Of a stretch of 64,000 nt of DNA, positions 45,101-60,600 are shown in pieces; positions within the stretch are counted from its first letter, which is position 1, and every line of letters begins with the position of its first letter. The notes beneath the pieces are model-generated. The model was not told where the DNA came from and searched no databases. It was given only the letters and a program-made list of their open reading frames with translations. This DNA is from Schmidtea polychroa (lineage: Eukaryota): NCBI GenBank assembly GCA_044892525.1, contig CM097886.1, forward strand, positions 76,694,001 through 76,758,000, given 5' to 3'. The position numbers and the translations under genes were made by a program.

Positions 45101-48100
45101 ATAAAAACTGAAAGATAAAAATAAAAAGGAAAACTGTAAATTATATTTCTCTATTTTTTAACAATATCAAAACATCTATTGTCAATTTAATTTAGATTGA
45201 ATGATTAGAATTTAATTAGAAATACTGAACATGATAATGAAAATGTTCTCATAAATTTTAATTAAAGTTATTTAATAGAAAAAATTATAAAAACTCAATT
45301 TGTGAAATATTTGTGAAATTTGCTACAATTAAGAGCTTTATTAATCCAGATTAACACGTCATATAAAAATTGGAAGTTTAATAAACAAATAAATAATAAT
45401 AAGCAGTAATAATGATAAAAAATAATATAAAATAATGAATAACAATAACAATAAATAAACCATTATAAATAATAAAAAATATTAATAATGAAAATAAAAA
45501 ATTAATCATAAAGATAATAATTAAAAAAAATAAAACATTACAAATAAAAAATAAAATTTTCTTAAATAAAAAAAAACAATATTATTTATAATAATATATA
45601 AATAAAATAATAGTAATCCTTATTATTATTATATCAAGCAATTGGTAAAATCAATATTTGAAACTAACCTGGCATTATTTATAATCTCAGATTTTGAAGT
45701 TTCGGATAATTTTCTAATCTGTACATCAGATTCCCTAGGATAAATGGTACACGAAGCAACTGAAAACGAATCACCAGAGGGATCAGTATTACTTTCAAAC
45801 GATAATTTTTTATTCGAAATTTCACTTGGCACACTAGAACGTGGAGGTGGCGGTGGAGCTACACAGCTCGAAATGGGCTGAGTCACTGGCATAAAAAATA
45901 ACATTATTGTAAGAAACTGGTAATAATTTTATTATCAACAAAGAAAATTCCACAAATTCCCAAAAAAAAGAATTTAAACAGAAAAAATGAGTTACTAATG
46001 TAATAAAAAAAAGAAAAATTACATGACGTGGATTTTTTAGCACATGGTCTGGGTCTGCTGACATCAGCAGGTTCTTCATGAATGTTATTACTTCCTAATG
46101 AATGCTTTTTATCAGAGGTCTTGGTTTGGGAAAATGAATTTGACGATTTGCCATATTGACTTTTGTTTAGAAATCGTAACTTGGACTGGACCTGAGATAA
46201 AAATTAAATAAATATATCTTTGAAAAGTTTTTCCAACAATAACTTCATGTTCTTATGAAAAAAGTACAATGAAAAATAATCTAATCTCTTGTTTTTGAAA
46301 AAACAATGCAAAAACGAGACTAAGTAAAAACTTTAAAAAACTACTGCTATATTTTCATGCCAATTCTCAATGTTATGAGAAAATACCACATTGAATTCAA
46401 CAATTTCAATACTGTTCGACACTAAGCACAGTCGCTCTGATATTCAATTTATTTGTTTTCTACTATCTTATAGGATTCATATAAGTCGAGCATTTTGGTG
46501 AAATATAATTAAGGACTTTATAACTATCTATGTATAATTTGCAAGAAAAATTATCTCGTTCATGTTATTATATTTGGCAAATATTCTCCAAACTGAAAAT
46601 TCTTATTCAAGGTTTAATTTAGTATACATTCTTGATCTCTATTGAACTGTGAATAAGCATTTCAATTTTCTTTGAGGACAAAAAAAAATTATAGGGATAA
46701 TTTCAAAAAAATCTAAATTTTTAACAAATTTACATTGTATAAATATTCAAAACTAGATTGATTCTACTTGATTCTTACTTTTTATTTATTCCCAAATCAA
46801 ATAGATACACATCTATTCAAAAACGAAAACTTACTAGAAATATGAGGAAGTTTTATGATGAAGAAATTTTTAAATTGAAAATTTTAAAAATTAAATTTTA
46901 GATTAATTTTAAAAAAAAAATAAGAAGATATTTTAATTAAAAATATCTTCGTAGAAAATTTGTTTAAATAAGAAAGTTTTAAGAAGATATATTTTGATAC
47001 TGATATTTACTGAAATAAAATTTAGGGAAGCAAAAACTGATTTTAATGTTTTACAGGATGAACATCCTAATAAGAAATATGAAAGCTAAATTATCAGAAG
47101 AGTTTAGTGCTGGTTTATTTGCTGAATGGTTGTTCAAATTGGGAAATTGTAAAATAAAATAAGATCAATCTGGATATAATTGATGATTTAATTTTTTTGA
47201 CTTTCATGAAAATCCGGGTATTTCAACTAGTCCCTCATAATTTAAATAAATTTGATTAATTAAACCATTCATGTTTTAAATTAATTATCATGACAAAAGC
47301 AACAAGTTCTTATTGATATAATCAAGTCAACCGAATCATATGAATAAAGATATATTAAGAAGTTATTAAAAACAATTTCGGTAAAGCATAATACAGATGA
47401 ATGATTAGTTATTAGTTAATCTAAACATTGTCCTATCAATGGCAGCTATAAAATATTTTAGAATTTATTTGTTTATCAATCAAAATATGAACAAATTTCA
47501 TTGTTACATTACAAGAAAATCCTGATGAAAATTCGAAAACTCCAAATAAATGGAAGAATTAAAGTTATTTGTTAATACTTCGTATTGTTATTTTATCTAT
47601 TGATCCATGAAAACTTGAAGTTCCGAGCTTATGTGTTATCGTTGTAGGAATTTCAAGATATAATTCTGCTGTTAATAAAGGTAATTTATAATTATTCATC
47701 TGACAATTCGAGTTCCGTTTATATGTCATTAATCATTTTGTTAATCTTGACAGAAAATAGCTCTCCTCGTTCATAGCGAACTAATTAGTTATCTGCTTTG
47801 GATAACATAAACCATGACTAATATAAGCATTGGCAGCCTAATTGTTTGAATTCTTTGTAGGATGATTCAATATAATTTCGGTTATATTGGAGATCGTTAT
47901 ATTCATATAAATTGTTTGACAGTTTTAACAAATATGCGTTCAAAGTTTATTAATCTTCATCCTCAAGCTAATGAACATATGCCCAAGCAGCATTGGCCCT
48001 TGTTCATCTCAATAACAACATATATTAATCGATAAACTTAGTATTATTATTAAGCACTTTCTATTTCTTTTTAAAAATTAGAACTTTCCGTAGATATTGA

Positions 48101-51100
48101 GTAAATACTTTGCCCCGTGAAAAATCAAGAACGATCTTATTTTAACTTTGTTTAAATAACCAGTCTTCAAATTAATATCTATTGCATTGGACAAGGTATG
48201 ATTGAGTAATTATGGCATTAAAACGATAAATGTTAGAAATTATTCTCCTTTGTTTGGCATTGGGTCAAAGGTAACATTTATACACAGAGACATGTGAAAT
48301 AAAATAGCTATAAACATGGATTGTATTAAATATAAATGGAAATATTGCAGCATAGATAAATTATTGCAAAAATAATGTCAGAATCCATACCCAATTCCTA
48401 TTAGCAGCAACATCTGTAAAATCAAAACCTGATCGGTCATCATCCACAGAATTGATTGATTCGACAGATGATGTTTGATAAGTATTTGACACTTCAGGTA
48501 GTTCACCGTCTGACAAGTCGAAAGAAAATGGTTCATCTAAAGTAAAATTAGTTAGATAAACAAAAGATCAGATAACAGACAATCAATGAAAAAACAGAAA
48601 TTTGAACAATTTGATCTATCAATTTCGTATTTAATTATGCACAAAATGGAAAATTCTATTATTATACTTCAGAAATATATCCTTAGTACTGATTATAAAC
48701 CTTATTCTTTCTGTATGCAATTCAGAGGTTATTAGAGTTTTCATTGCACTTCTCCACGAACAACTTTTAAACTTGAGGGCAAGACTAAATCTTTTAATAC
48801 TGCATACTGACAACTTATATTGGTTTAGTCAAGCAACCATTACAATGGTCTTAATAGAGAATTTTTATAACAATTTCTATATTGAGAATTCTCAAGATGC
48901 TGACACTCCAGGAAACCATATATTAAACAAATGAACTATTTCAAATATAACTGTGTTAAAAAGGATTATGGAAAATGTCGTTTAAGAAAATAAAACACCA
49001 CTTTGAGGATTATTATAAAAATTAGCATTATTCAATCAATGTTTACCATTAGAATAAAATTGATACTGTTATAAAAGTTAGATATATACCTGAAAATACT
49101 GTGCTGTCATAATGATTAATATTTTGATCTGATTGTAAAATCGAATGAAAATGAATCCTTTATTTTAACAGAATACATAAGGTTCTCCTAATGTGAAATC
49201 ATAACCACCAAATTTATAATATCATGATCAGACATTTGGAATTTATCATCATTACGGTAACCCAAATGCCATTTTTAATTTTTTAAAAAACATGATTTAT
49301 GTTAATTTACGTATCTCAACCATTATTAAAAATAAATTAACATTCGAATATTATTTATTATATCAAAAAATACAATATTTAATTTTTATTTTTTAAGTAG
49401 TGATATATCGAATTAACCAAAGAATATTTAATATTAAAAGAATATTAATTTTTATTTTTATCCGTAATGAAATTTTAACTCTATCATTTAGTTAAAATTA
49501 ATAAATTTGCCATAAAATGCCAATTTGTCAAAAATATGTCATTTTTTATTTTTTATGCCAATTTTGAGTCAATGATGATTCATCCACTTAATTTTGTCAC
49601 CAATAAAATATCCCCCTCTTCAATTTTTTTTCGTTGTGTTTGTCATAAATCATTTATTGCAGGATTTACATAGAGTTTTGGGCTTTATATCTTTCCAAGC
49701 TTTGCAAATTCACTAAATTTCATCATTTTGCTTATGCTTTTGAATCTATCAATTACGCTTTCAAAATTATCTACAGAATCAAGTAATTTCTTTTTAAATT
49801 TTCAAGAACACACTGATTCATAAGCTGAAATAAAGTTTTAACATCTGCAGACAAATTTAAATTTTAAAAATATCTAATATTCTAGAGTCTACTATATATT
49901 ATGAATATACAAATGGATTATAATAAATGACAAGTGGATTATAACATATGAAAAGTGAATATGATAATGGATTAAATCATACGCCGAATTAATCATAATA
50001 TATGACAAGTGGATTATAATATATGACAAACAGATTATAATATGACAAATAGATTATAATATATGAAAAGCGAATTACAATATATGATAAATAGATTATG
50101 ATAAATAACAGATGGATTTATAATATATAATAAATTGATTGAATTATACGCAAAATGGATTATAATATATGATAAATGGATTATAATATGATAAAGGAAT
50201 TATAATATATAAAAAGCGGATTATAATATATGATAAATAGATTATGATACAATGGCAAGCAATGATTTTTGCCAGTGATACCTAAAATCAGATGTTAAAA
50301 TCAAATGTTAAAAATGTAATGTAATAGTAAAAAAATGTATTTGTTTGAATTTATTAAAGCATTGAAGTATAACTTCCCTAATTTTAAGCGAGCAAAGGTT
50401 TTTGCTAGAAATTTATTCTATATAATGTTTTCGCATATTTTTGATTGATAATTAATTTTTTATATTTATTTTATAACCCTTTAATATATCTTTTAGAAAT
50501 GCCAAAAATTTCTGAAGAAATTAAGGAATTAATAGTAGATAAGTTGTTGAAAGGCAAAACACAAAATGAAGGTGTCTAAAATGCTTTGTGTGAATCAGAC
50601 AACTATAAGTTACACATGGAGAAAGTATTTACAATGTGAATCAGATAAAAATCAACAACAGAGTGGACGCCCATTGAAAGAGAGAGAAGATCAATTTTAA
50701 TACATTCAAAAAGAAATTCCTTTAACACTTTAACTCTCGAGAGGTAAAAACGAACGCGAAACTGTATATTTGGACAGTTCGACGAATTTAAAAAAAAGTG
50801 GTTTATATGGAATATTAGGAGCTAAAAACCGCTTTTAAATAAGGTTCAAATTCGGAAACGAATAATGTAATGTTTACTGATGAGGTACGGTTCGACTTAT
50901 ATACCACTCGGTGTCGTTATGTTCGAAGAGCTAAAAATAGTAAAATAAAAAAATATAATAAAACACTGCGACAAGGTGGGGAGCTATTTAAGGAAATGGA
51001 AAACGAATATTGATAAAATGCCCGAGAAGACTAGATTTAGCTGCTTATCAAACTGTTATTGAAATAGGTCTTCGAGAGCTTCATTCTCCGGAAATTATTT

Positions 51101-51527
51101 TTATGCAAGACGGTGCTTCATGCCATCGTTTGAAGTCTACTACAGAATTTCTGGTAAGGAAAGACATTTGCGCCATAAGTGATTGGCCCCCAAAATCATC
51201 TGGCATAAACATAATAGAAAATTTAAGGTCGATCTTGAAGGACAAAGTATATAAAAGAACTCAGAAAACATCGAATTATGGGAGAGTATTTTAACAGAAT
51301 GGAACCTAATACTGGACCAAATGATAATATTAAAAATAGTGGAATGCATTCTAAATATTAATAATCTATGTATTATATTAATAAATTGTTAATAAATAAA
51401 CACTTGCTCGCTTAAAATAAGCGAAGTCATACTTCAATGCTTTAATAAATCCAAACAAATGCAAATTTAAAAATATTTGTTTACTATTATATTACATTAT
51501 TAGCATTCTTGAGAAGATTGGTCTTCG

Positions 51528-51617
<90 letters not shown>

Positions 51618-54600
51618 CTTATACCATATCCAGGCTCGCCACAGCAAATCCGGGCCCCTAAACAATCGTTAATCGTACAATGCATAAAATAGCAGATAAA
51701 GTTTTGTTTGACGTAGTACCTTGTGGCCCTTGGGTGTGTTCTATAGTACGCAAATGATACACATGGTTTCAGTTTCAGTAATCATGGTTTTTAATTCCAG
51801 TATTAAAAAAACTCAAAACTTTATTTTTGAATATTGATACCGATGTTGATCTAACTACTTGTTGATATTCGTTCAATTTATTCTGATGGAATTCAGATGC
51901 TTGAACTTTAAACTGACTGTAGTTAAGTGTCAGTAATATTATATTTAAATACATAACAAATCGAACCCGGCACCCTGGGCATTTGTACCCCCTCGGTGAC
52001 GGGTCTGAACATATCTTCCTGTTATAATTCGTTAAATCCCAATAGATAGCATTACTAGATAATATGAGAATAATATGGGGCCATAAATGAAAAGATGTGT
52101 AGCAATGTAAAGGATGAATGTCTAAAATATTAAATAATAACCTGGTTGCTCAAATTCAACAGGAAGCAGATTTTCTGGCAAGGTTTCTGGTAATGTAAAC
52201 CCATTTTTGACATGAGTAATTAAATGAAGAGCTTTGCTAAATTCGATCAGAGTTATTTGTGAATCTGTCGTGATACTGATTAGGTGTCTAAATTAGGCGA
52301 TATTGTTATTACCACGAAACTGAAGCTATTTATAAATTCATTCGTCAAACCAGACTAAATACAAATTAAAATTTGCTGTCCTGTTGCATGAATACCGGTT
52401 GTGATAACTTCAATATTTATCAATAGAAAATTATGATTTTAGGTTAAGGAAAAATGGAGCAGGTTAAAAAAAACAAATTATAAATGAAGATATAAACTTT
52501 ATGGTAAGAAATCTACGTATGAGAACAATTTTAGAGTTGAAATACATTCAATAAATAATTAACAAAAAAATAACTAGCGCGAGACATGCCACAAAAGCTA
52601 AATTTGTGTCGAATTACTTATTAGTTATCTCTATTTTGAACTCAAGGGCAATCAGTGACTTATGAATGCAATTTTTCAATTTTATGAAAAGTTTAAGCAT
52701 TGAGTACAAGCTACTCCAACGACTTTTGGAATCGAGTATTAGTGAAAGGGCTTTACCAAATTCGTTAATGTTTCGAGCGTATTTTCTTTCTATTGGAAAT
52801 GCTAACTTATCATGTCACTTATAGTAAATTTAATGTAGGAATCGATAGATGACATCACGATTATTACATTAAAAGCACGGTACAGTACAATATACCACAA
52901 GACTAATGGGGGGGGTGAATTTACTATTTTTGGTATTTACAATATACCACTGGACTTGAAAAGGTTAATAATTAATAAATATTGCTATTGTCGATTGTCA
53001 CTAATAAATTCTTTAATTACTAAGAATACAATTTTACACATTTCTATCTTATAATTAAGTTAATTTATCTAATAATATATACTCGTTTTACCGATAAATT
53101 ATTAGTAGAATATTAAGTTAAATTTCTTTTTATGCTTCATTATTTGGTGTTTTATATAATTATTAGATAATATATAATTTTTAAAGTCGTGACACAGCTG
53201 ATAACCTTAAATTTGTCGGTTGTCCCAGTTTTTTATTATAATCACTACTAATAAAATATATATTTATTTGAATGCTAGATTTAAAAGAAATTTGAAATAA
53301 AGAATTTTGATGAATTTCTTTAGCATAATTTAACGGGCGCCTTGAACAGGGCTATCCAACTGAAAAATTCACGAATGTTACAGACAATGAGCAGTTTAAC
53401 AATTAACTACCACTATGAGAACGTTTGTCTACGAAGATAGCATTAAAAACAATTCAGAATGTATGTATTATGGTTAGTGATATACAAAACACCAGGCCCG
53501 TTCCTGGCGTGGATACAGAAGGTGCACCCGCACGTAAGCGGCCTAGTCAAAGGGCGGCCACCGAACAACTATTATTATATTAAAAAAAATAAAATTAAAA
53601 AAAAATTGATTTTAATTATTATAGGTATTATAGCAGCAGCGTTAACAAAGAAATTAACAAACCTTATAAACAATTCAAAATATTTTTCGATTATACTTGA
53701 TTGCACACTAGATTAAAGCCAAGTCAAACAAATCACGTTTATTGTTAGGTGTGTGAATTTGACGCAAAATAAAGCAACAGCCGAAGAATATTTTCTTGGT
53801 TTTTCTCCAATAGTTGATACGACTGGTGAAGGTTTATTTAATTTCCTTACTAACAAATTATTGCCTAAATATAGCTTGGATGTACAAAATGTTCGTGGTC
53901 AAGGCTATAATAATGGATCCAACATGAGAGGTAAGGACTTCAAAAAAGAATTTTAAATATTAACCCCAGAGCAACATTTGTATCATATTCAACATATAAC
54001 TTAAATTTAGTTCTTAATGATGCTGTTAACATTAATAATGAAACCGTTGGATTTTTCGATTTTGTTCAGGAATTATTTCATTTTTTTCTGTCTCTCCATG
54101 GAATATGTTAAAAATCAAAATTAACAATTTAATTTTAAAACCTTTAAGTGGTACTAGATGGTCAAGTCGTATTAACGCTATAAGACCCTTGCAGCAAAAT
54201 ATTAAAGAAATTTCTGAAATTATGATCAAAGTAGATTGACAAGGACTATCTTATAGTCGAAATTTTTTCATTAAATACATTATTCGCAGCAAAAGGCTTA
54301 AATTATCACTTTATTGTTTTAAATAATAGATGCTGCTACCAAGAAATCATCACTTTATACGACCAAAGAAATACGGAAAATTCGTTATCTAAAAAATTAA
54401 AGTCTTTTAAATTATTATGTTCGTTAATTATCTGGCAAGACATACTCTCAAAAATTGACATAGTTAGCAAAATACTACAAAATTTCAACATTGACATTAA
54501 TGAATGCAGTAAAGAGATGGGTAATTTAAAAAGATTTTTAAATGAGAAACGAAAAGATGCCAGTTTTAATGAATATATAAGTGAAGCTACAAACCTTGCA

Positions 54601-57600
54601 CAAGTTATTGATGTAGAAAATGAATTTACACAAACCCCCATAAGAAAAAGACCTCGTCAATTTTTATATGAATCAAGTGATGAGTTTGTAGAAAATCCTA
54701 AACAAAACTTTATAGGGCATTATAGGGCGAATAATTCTCTAGAGGAAAGATTTACGTCATTAGATCAATATAATAATATCTATGGTTTTTTGTATTCTTT
54801 CCATTCAAAAGATTCAGATATTTAAAAAAAACGTTGCTTGGATTTGGAAGTTTTCTACAAATAAATGTTAAGAATGTAATAGAAAAAGATCTTAATTGTT
54901 TTGAATTATTTAACGAAATATTAAGTTTTAGGGAAATATTTCCCACTGTGGCAAAGCCTGTAATGACTTTGAATTACATAATACAAAACGACTTAATATC
55001 CTCATTTCCCAATTTTTCTACAGCGTTAGGAATTTTTTAACACTGCCTGTAACTGTAGCATCTGGAGAAAGAAATTTTTCTAAATTATAATTAATAAAAA
55101 TTCACCCCAGGTCGTCAATGTCGCCCGAAAAGCTAACCAATCTTGCTTTGTTATCAATAGAAAAAGATATTTGTGAGAATTTAAACTTATCCCAATTAAT
55201 TGATGATTTCGTTTCAGCAAAACCAAGAAGAGTAAAATTGCGAAATCTTTTTTTAATACTTGCACTTAACTTACACTTAATCTGTCTGATATGAAACTAA
55301 TAATTTCTTTTGTGTTTATTGGAATAAAATATTAAACCAATTCTGTTGATTTACAAATTTTAGTTTCATTTTATAAAAAAAAAATTAAAAAAACTTTTTT
55401 TTCTCTAATTTTTATTACGTTTTCATATTCTGTATTCAATTCCACAAAGGTTAATTTTTACAAGGTAATAATATCCCAATCGGGTAATCCACACATCAGC
55501 AAATTTTAATTAAAAAATTAAATTAATAGGGCGACAATATTGTTTTAGAACCTGTGCGGCCAGCAACGCAGGAATGGCACTGCAAAATATGTAACAAAAA
55601 CATAAAAAATTACAAATTAGCAAAATCAAAAAAAAATTAATTAAAAGTCACCATCTATATTTTACGAGGGAAAAGGTGGCAAATGAGATTTTGAAGATCT
55701 ATAAAATAATTTTAAACTGATAATGAGTTCATAGAAGGGTCAAAACCCAAAAAACAAATTAATTGATTAATTAGGTTTTAACACAATCCAATAAATCAGT
55801 GAGTATCTAGCTGAACGTAAATGGACACAGATTTCAATAAATTGCCAGGACATTGGTTTAATCGGGCAATAAATTGTTCTCACGGTTCCAGTTCGGGATA
55901 AAGCAAAACAATTATTGGGGGGGAGTATAAAAGCGCAGTTGAACAAAACCAAGTGCCAGTTGATCGACCCAAGAAATACTGAATTGAATTAAAAAAAGAA
56001 ACTAGAGATGAAATGATCAGTTTTGTTTAAAATAAAGTTATTTTTTAGGGACTCGAGTTTTTTTTTACTTAATTCTTGAACACGAGTACACAGATCGAGA
56101 GTTAATTCCTATCGACAAATTATTAGTATCCCAAGTATTCTCGGATTTCTTAGATGGAATATGTTCGATTCTTATCTTATTATTATAATTTCTTAGTTCT
56201 CACATATCTTATACTTATAATCAATTTTATTTATTTCTATTACAGGTATTTCTGAAAACCGAGATATTTTTAAACATGAAAAGTGAACGACCAAATAAAA
56301 GCAATTGTAAAAACGGACTAAGATTTTGACAAGTGATATAAATTCCTAGTGTAAATTGCTTTGTATTAAACATTGTTATGATAATTATTGCCATTTACAA
56401 TAGCATTGCAATTATTAATTTCTGAATCATTAAAATTTATTCCAAATCAATATTTATTTCAATACATAAATTGAATATTATGTTTGATTTAGTCTAGTTT
56501 CTGACTTCTTGATGTCCTTATTCAATTCAATCGAACAACCCAACACAATAACGTTTATTCAAAATTACCACAATTGTTTACAACATTTTATACCCACACA
56601 ATTTTCAATAACACTTCTAAACTCACGTCTTGGGATAAAGTCTTCCAATGTGAGATATCCCTTCTAGTACGCTAAGAATTCAATTTGATATTGGCTAGCA
56701 CCAAGTTAACATATCCTATCAATTATTTTTAAACTTATTGAAATTTTCTTCGATCACATGAAAAATTTACTAATTTATCCTTTCTTTTTATACCCTTCTC
56801 ATAATTAAATCCACTTTTCCATTTGTTTAGTGGCAGACGCCTGATGATGTTATCATATTTGTTGATCTCTTCCCGGGATTTCAGTATTAAACTAATTTAC
56901 TTTCAATTTGGAAATCTCGGGGATTCCACACAACCCGGGGTAATTTTATCGATTTTTAATAAAAATCGGGTTCACTTTAATCTTGGGTTTTCCTCTTATT
57001 CTCCAATCTTCTCAGCCCTTATTTAATTTTGTTGATAAACCAGGTTTTCCACACTACTCGGGGTTTTCATTAGATAATTAATTTTAATTTTTTTTTTAAA
57101 TATTTTCATCTAGGGACCTCTATCGATTTTATTTATATTTGGATTCGTCCTGTCATAACAATTTCCTCTGCAAAATATTTATTTTTTTAATTAATTTTTT
57201 CCTTTTATTTATTATTTTGGATTTTTATTGTTTTTATTGATTTACATTTAACTTTTGTGAATTTGATTTTTTTTGGCATTACTAGGCCAAACTCAAACAA
57301 TTACATGTAATCATTAAAGAAACAAATTATGAAACTATAATTTCAACATCATCAAACAGAGCAGTGATTAAAATTGTAGATTTATAAAAATCCAATAAAA
57401 TATTAATATCATAACTAAATAACAAATAATATTTTGTTTTAAATAATTAAAATCTCGTCATTTTGCGTAACAGTCATGGTAAAGTTAAAGCAATTCGGAT
57501 AAATAATGATATGCTGAAAAGATACTTAAAAACGATTGCTGATATAAAAAAGCAAATAAATTTAAATTTCGCATCCGTAAAACAAATTTTATCAATAAAT

Positions 57601-60600
57601 CATGAAAATTTTCCTCATAAATTTCCTTAAACTTCTTATATGAATTAACCAATACAGAATAACAGAGAATTGCTAAGTAGAGAGAAACAAAATTTTTACT
57701 ATTCCCCCAGCAACTCAAGATCTTTTAAATGAACCGATAATTACAATTAATCTTATTTGGCAAGTCGGTAAAGATAAAAAATAGAATGAGAGCTGATATC
57801 TATCAATTTATTTCAATGGGAGATAAAGTATATCAGTATACAAAATATCCTATTAAAAATACATCGAAATGAGAGATAAATAGATCAGTATTAGTTATTG
57901 TAAATCCATAAACAGAAAACAAAAAGCAAGCAAAATTAAGAAAAGAAGTTGACAATTTAGAAGATCATGAGAAACAAAATTTGTGAAAATCTTTTATTTT
58001 TTATCCATATTGATCATTTTTTTCGATTCATTTAATCTACATTTCTTTTTAGATTATAGATCAATATTATTTTTCATCTCCATATTTATTCTTTTTTGAA
58101 TTTATTTTATCTACATTTCATTTTAGACTACAGATCAATATTTTTATTTATTTTTCACAAATTCTCGATACAATTAAAGTAACATGGAAACGTGACCTAT
58201 TAAAAAACAAAATATTTAAGTTTTCGTTATGAAGATCGCTACTAATTCTTGAGTAAATTAACATAGGTAATAAACCCGCTTCTAATTGTCAATAAAAATA
58301 AGAGGCTTCCGTTAGATTTCCCCTCTTGGATTGATGAAAAAGAATAGTTTTTAAATGAACTATCTGAGATTGGATATTAAAGTTTAACAATTCCTTTGGT
58401 ATTGTACACTGCATTAATACCTGATAAAGATGGAGGAGTGCTGACAATTTTTTTACAACTTTCACAAGTATTGATAATCTTAATGTTCCGTGTTGCATTT
58501 TTTATCGCTGATAAAGCACAAGAAAAAAATTGTCGGTATTATTTGCTGCATACTGAAAATGCAGTTTTTAGTTTCGTGCATTCTATTTGGTTAGATATTT
58601 GTTTTATCTTGTGAAGGAAAATGAAACACAAATTGAAAATTCCAGCTAATTTCTGAAGTAGATTTCATTTAATAAAACTTAAAATGTGAAGTTGAAGCTT
58701 ATCTGATAATTTATTAATTTTTCCTGCTACCAAGAAATAATTATTATCTGCTACATGGAGATCAACGAATATAAAACTCCAAAGTTGGGGTACTTTAAAA
58801 AGTGAACGATGAAAAAGATTTCATTAGGATATCTGATTGAAGATATTACTCCTACATGGACAACACTAATTTTGAATCTTTCAAATATATACGCATCTAA
58901 ATTTCATCGTGTAATTTAAAAGAGCAATAGTCATATAAATAAAGATGAAATTGATATTGAAAAGACATAATAATGAACTAATCCAATTGGCAGACATAAT
59001 TCCGTAATGGAACCTGCGCCAATACATTCCGACATAGAAATTGAAAAATCCGGTTTGCTTGGATTTAGATGGATTTGTTACAAAAGCTTCAGATATATTA
59101 AATGAACTATGTGATCCACCAATTGTAAGGATTCTTCCTCATTTAAATCCAAAAATGCATTTAATAAACAATTTATATAAAATAATTAATCATATTGATC
59201 TCTAATAAATTTCAAATTGTTTTTTAATTATTACAGATTTCAACTATGATTAATATGAAATGTTTATGAAGGAAATTATAAAATTTTATTATACATTTTC
59301 ATTTCCTTTAAGCAATTAGTTTGATAATTACTATTTTTGATAACAAATACGATAAATAATAATCGATAAAAACACTGAAATTGTGAAAATTGATTAATTC
59401 GTAACGTAATCAATATATTACATCAGAGATTAGAAATATTTATATAAGCATTTGTAATTTTATAAGTGAATGAATGTCCATATAAGGAGATACATTTTAA
59501 TTGGACTTGGTGGTGAAGAAGGGAGAGAGGTGAAGATAAGTGCTGTATATCCAATTGAGATAGATTGAATTAGACTTGTGAACTATTGTGAAAGAGAAGT
59601 TTATAAACGATTTCGAGATTAGCAAGAGAAAACATAGGAAAAGAAAGGCAGTTATAGTTCTAGCCAGATCGGTGACAATAATAACGATTTCAACGTGAAG
59701 TGAGACAACTTTCAGAGTCAAATAGAAAATATGTATTTATAATGCACAATTGATTCTAATTTAGAATTAGTTATATTAGATTTCAATGATTTCACTGTTT
59801 ATTCCATAAAAAACACTGCCTAGCAACCGACCATATTCCATAGCAACTGGTGAGTTGATTTCAGGAATCCAGATATTGTTTAGCTATATTTGTAAATTTC
59901 ATCTTATTTTGTGATATATTTAAATTCTTAATATTGTCTAAATCTATTGAACCCCTCACCCACAGATTCTTGTGTCGACCAAACGTTCCATATTACCGTA
60001 GCCCTTCGGGAGGGCCTTTAAATATAATCCCATTATGGACTATCAAACAAGCTTTAGTTATTATTTAGTTTTCGTGGTCAACCAGCTAATGGTTTAAGGT
60101 TTATCAAATCTTGTTTAAGACTAAGGGAACCGAATAGCGATTGGGAGGAGAGTGAAGGGGGTTGGCGTAAGCAACACAGAAGGAATGTAAAAGCACATCT
60201 ATGACAAGTTCAACAATAATTATTAACTTCTCCATTATCAGGTATATTTCAAGGATTCGTGAGACCGCATAGAACAGAATAAAATGGCGAGGAAAGGGGT
60301 AACGATGTACATCATGTAGAAAATACTATATTATTTATGATAAGAAAATACTATATTATTTATGATAAATAATAGTTATTAACTTAGCCATCCTCAGGAA
60401 TATTCTAAGTTGTCATGATGCTCAGTGAAACAACAAAAGGGGAAGAGACCCATTATCGATCTGCTGATAGATGGGGAAATAACGGAGCACCATTACATGG
60501 GTAATAACAATGAAATAGCAGTTATATATGTGTCCGCAAGAGTTATCAAGTTATCAATCCGGAATTATTCCATGTCATCACGAAATCCCCTAAACCAAAC

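Noticed and set aside
48631-49270. Possible mitochondrial insertion (NUMT) or alternative-code ORF
   Set aside because: The frames contain many TAA and TAG stops as well as TGA, and I recognised no mitochondrial gene motif.
58396-58614. Plus-strand ORF containing [11 protein letters not shown], resembling an EF-hand loop (DKDGALT)
   Set aside because: It is on the wrong strand for REPS and the surrounding residues do not fit. The real EH exon is 52287-52142, so this is taken as coincidence.
59940-60330. Possible LINE reverse-transcriptase remnant (minus strand [11 protein letters not shown])
   Set aside because: The likeness to the SVLSPTLF motif is too weak, and no QG or YADD motif is in frame.
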